Source: a virus. From it: a stretch of 42,922 bases of DNA. Made by a program: the position numbers and the translations under genes. Below the pieces are notes generated by a model. The model had not been told where the DNA came from. It ran no database searches and was given only the letters and a program-made list of their open reading frames with translations. This document shows, piece by piece, positions 42,223 through 42,922 of this stretch. Where the stretch lies: positions 1 to 42,922 of IMG/VR virus record IMGVR_UViG_3300029910_000049; one strand, 5' to 3'. Within the stretch, counting starts at the first letter, position 1. The number at the start of each line of letters is the position of its first letter.

Positions 42223-42922
42223 ATGTCGAATATCCGCCTTTCAGGACAGCAACGAATTGCCATAGCTCAATCCTTGAAGGCGGATATGGACGCCCATTGC
42301 GCACAACATTACGATGATGGCCATAGAGCCCATCTTGGTGGCAGCGTCATCGGCGAGCGGTGTTTGCGCAAGCTTTGGTATGCCTTCCGCTGGATGCACC
42401 GGGAGCAATTTGATGGCCGTATGCAGCGCCTATTTAATCGCGGGCATTTGGAAGAGTTGCGCATTATTGAATGGTTACGCGGCATCGGTTCAGTTGTTTA
42501 TGATGTTGACGCCAAAGGAAAACAGTTTCGCATAATAGGATGCGACAACCACTTTGGCGGCGCACTAGACGGCGCCATCATGCTGCCGGTGCGTTATAAT
42601 TTGCCTTTTATATTTTTAACTGAGTTCAAAACGCATAACGACAAGTCATTTAAAAAGCTTGCTAAAGTCGGCTTGATAGAAGCAAAGCCGATGCATTATG
42701 ACCAAATGTGCACGTATGGGTCCGAGCCAATATACAACCTAGATTACGGCATATACTTTGCGATGAATAAAAATGATGACGATATTTACATAGAGGTTAT
42801 CGAACTAGACCATGTGCGCGGTAGGCGTAATGTTGAAACAAAAGCTAACGGTGTAATCCATAGTGACAAGCCGCCGGGCCGCATTTCAGCCAGTGCCGCC
42901 TACAGTGATTGCCTGTACTGCT
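42223..42922 (+). CDS. Cas4-like PD-(D/E)XK exonuclease, N-terminal part (runs off the window end and continues at 128..297 of the circle)
   Basis: ATG 42223, with no stop before the window end. N-terminal Cys (GERCLRKLWY), D...LTEFK (D/ExK) and QMCTY (QxxxY) motifs. Confidence 0.75.
   Translation, partial: MSNIRLSGQQRIAIAQSLKADMDAHCAQHYDDGHRAHLGGSVIGERCLRKLWYAFRWMHREQFDGRMQRLFNRGHLEELRIIEWLRGIGSVVYDVDAKGKQFRIIGCDNHFGGALDGAIMLPVRYNLPFIFLTEFKTHNDKSFKKLAKVGLIEAKPMHYDQMCTYGSEPIYNLDYGIYFAMNKNDDDIYIEVIELDHVRGRRNVETKANGVIHSDKPPGRISASAAYSDCLYC
42796..42922. repeat. Terminal direct repeat, copy 2 (identical to 1..127)
   Basis: See copy 1. Confidence 0.9.

Noticed and set aside
41734-42317. Five overlapping ORFs in several frames and on both strands over the SSB-like tail
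   Set aside because: This is a by-product of the Pro/Gln/Gly-rich, GC-rich, low-complexity coding sequence. Only the 41497 frame connects to a folded N-terminal domain and an RBS.
1-42922. Search for a lysogeny module, tRNAs, a DGR (reverse transcriptase plus template repeat), methyltransferases or toxin-antitoxin pairs
   Set aside because: I recognised no integrase/recombinase, CI-type repressor, reverse transcriptase, tRNA-like cloverleaf or methyltransferase motif in any frame. Absence judged by eye is weak evidence and should be confirmed with tRNAscan and profile searches.

Overview
The window is a complete phage genome. Its first and last 127 nt are identical, so it closes into a circle of about 42,795 bp, either as an assembler overlap or as terminal redundancy. 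A nuclease gene reads in frame across the junction. Gene content is that of a contractile-tailed dsDNA phage (myovirus type). There are three blocks.

(1) A plus-strand early operon starts at a divergent promoter region near 40.1 kb, crosses the junction and ends at a strong terminator at 7.14 kb. It encodes a Sak4-like ATPase, a DUF669-like SSB candidate, a Cas4-like nuclease, an SF2 helicase, a beta-clamp homologue, a family-B DNA polymerase and one self-contained gene.

(2) Minus-strand early genes run from 40,030 down to 32,437. They comprise a small HTH protein, a primase-polymerase and a DUF3987-type P-loop helicase. Next comes a 390-bp AT-rich gap packed with an octamer iteron array. 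Then come about 13 small, mostly unknown ORFs, including a VRR-NUC nuclease and a DUF2829 (Tad2-like) protein.

(3) The minus-strand late block runs from 32,290 down to 7,177. In order: a four-gene lysis cassette, two unknowns, small and large terminase, portal, MuF-like protein, scaffold/protease, decoration protein, major capsid, connectors, sheath, tube, a chaperone with a -1 frameshift, tape measure, baseplate and two fibre genes.

I recognised no integrase, lysogeny repressor module, tRNA, rRNA, CRISPR array, methyltransferase or transposase.

The observations I rank highest:
- the dyad-symmetric iteron array (36.3-36.65 kb)
- a clamp plus PolB replisome with no clamp loader
- the Tad2-like gene inside a block of unknown early genes
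- a terminator placed directly in front of the first late gene
- a fibre protein with a Sec-type signal peptide

All functional calls rest on motif recognition by eye and gene order. No database search or structure prediction was run. I cannot show that any of these is a genuinely new system.
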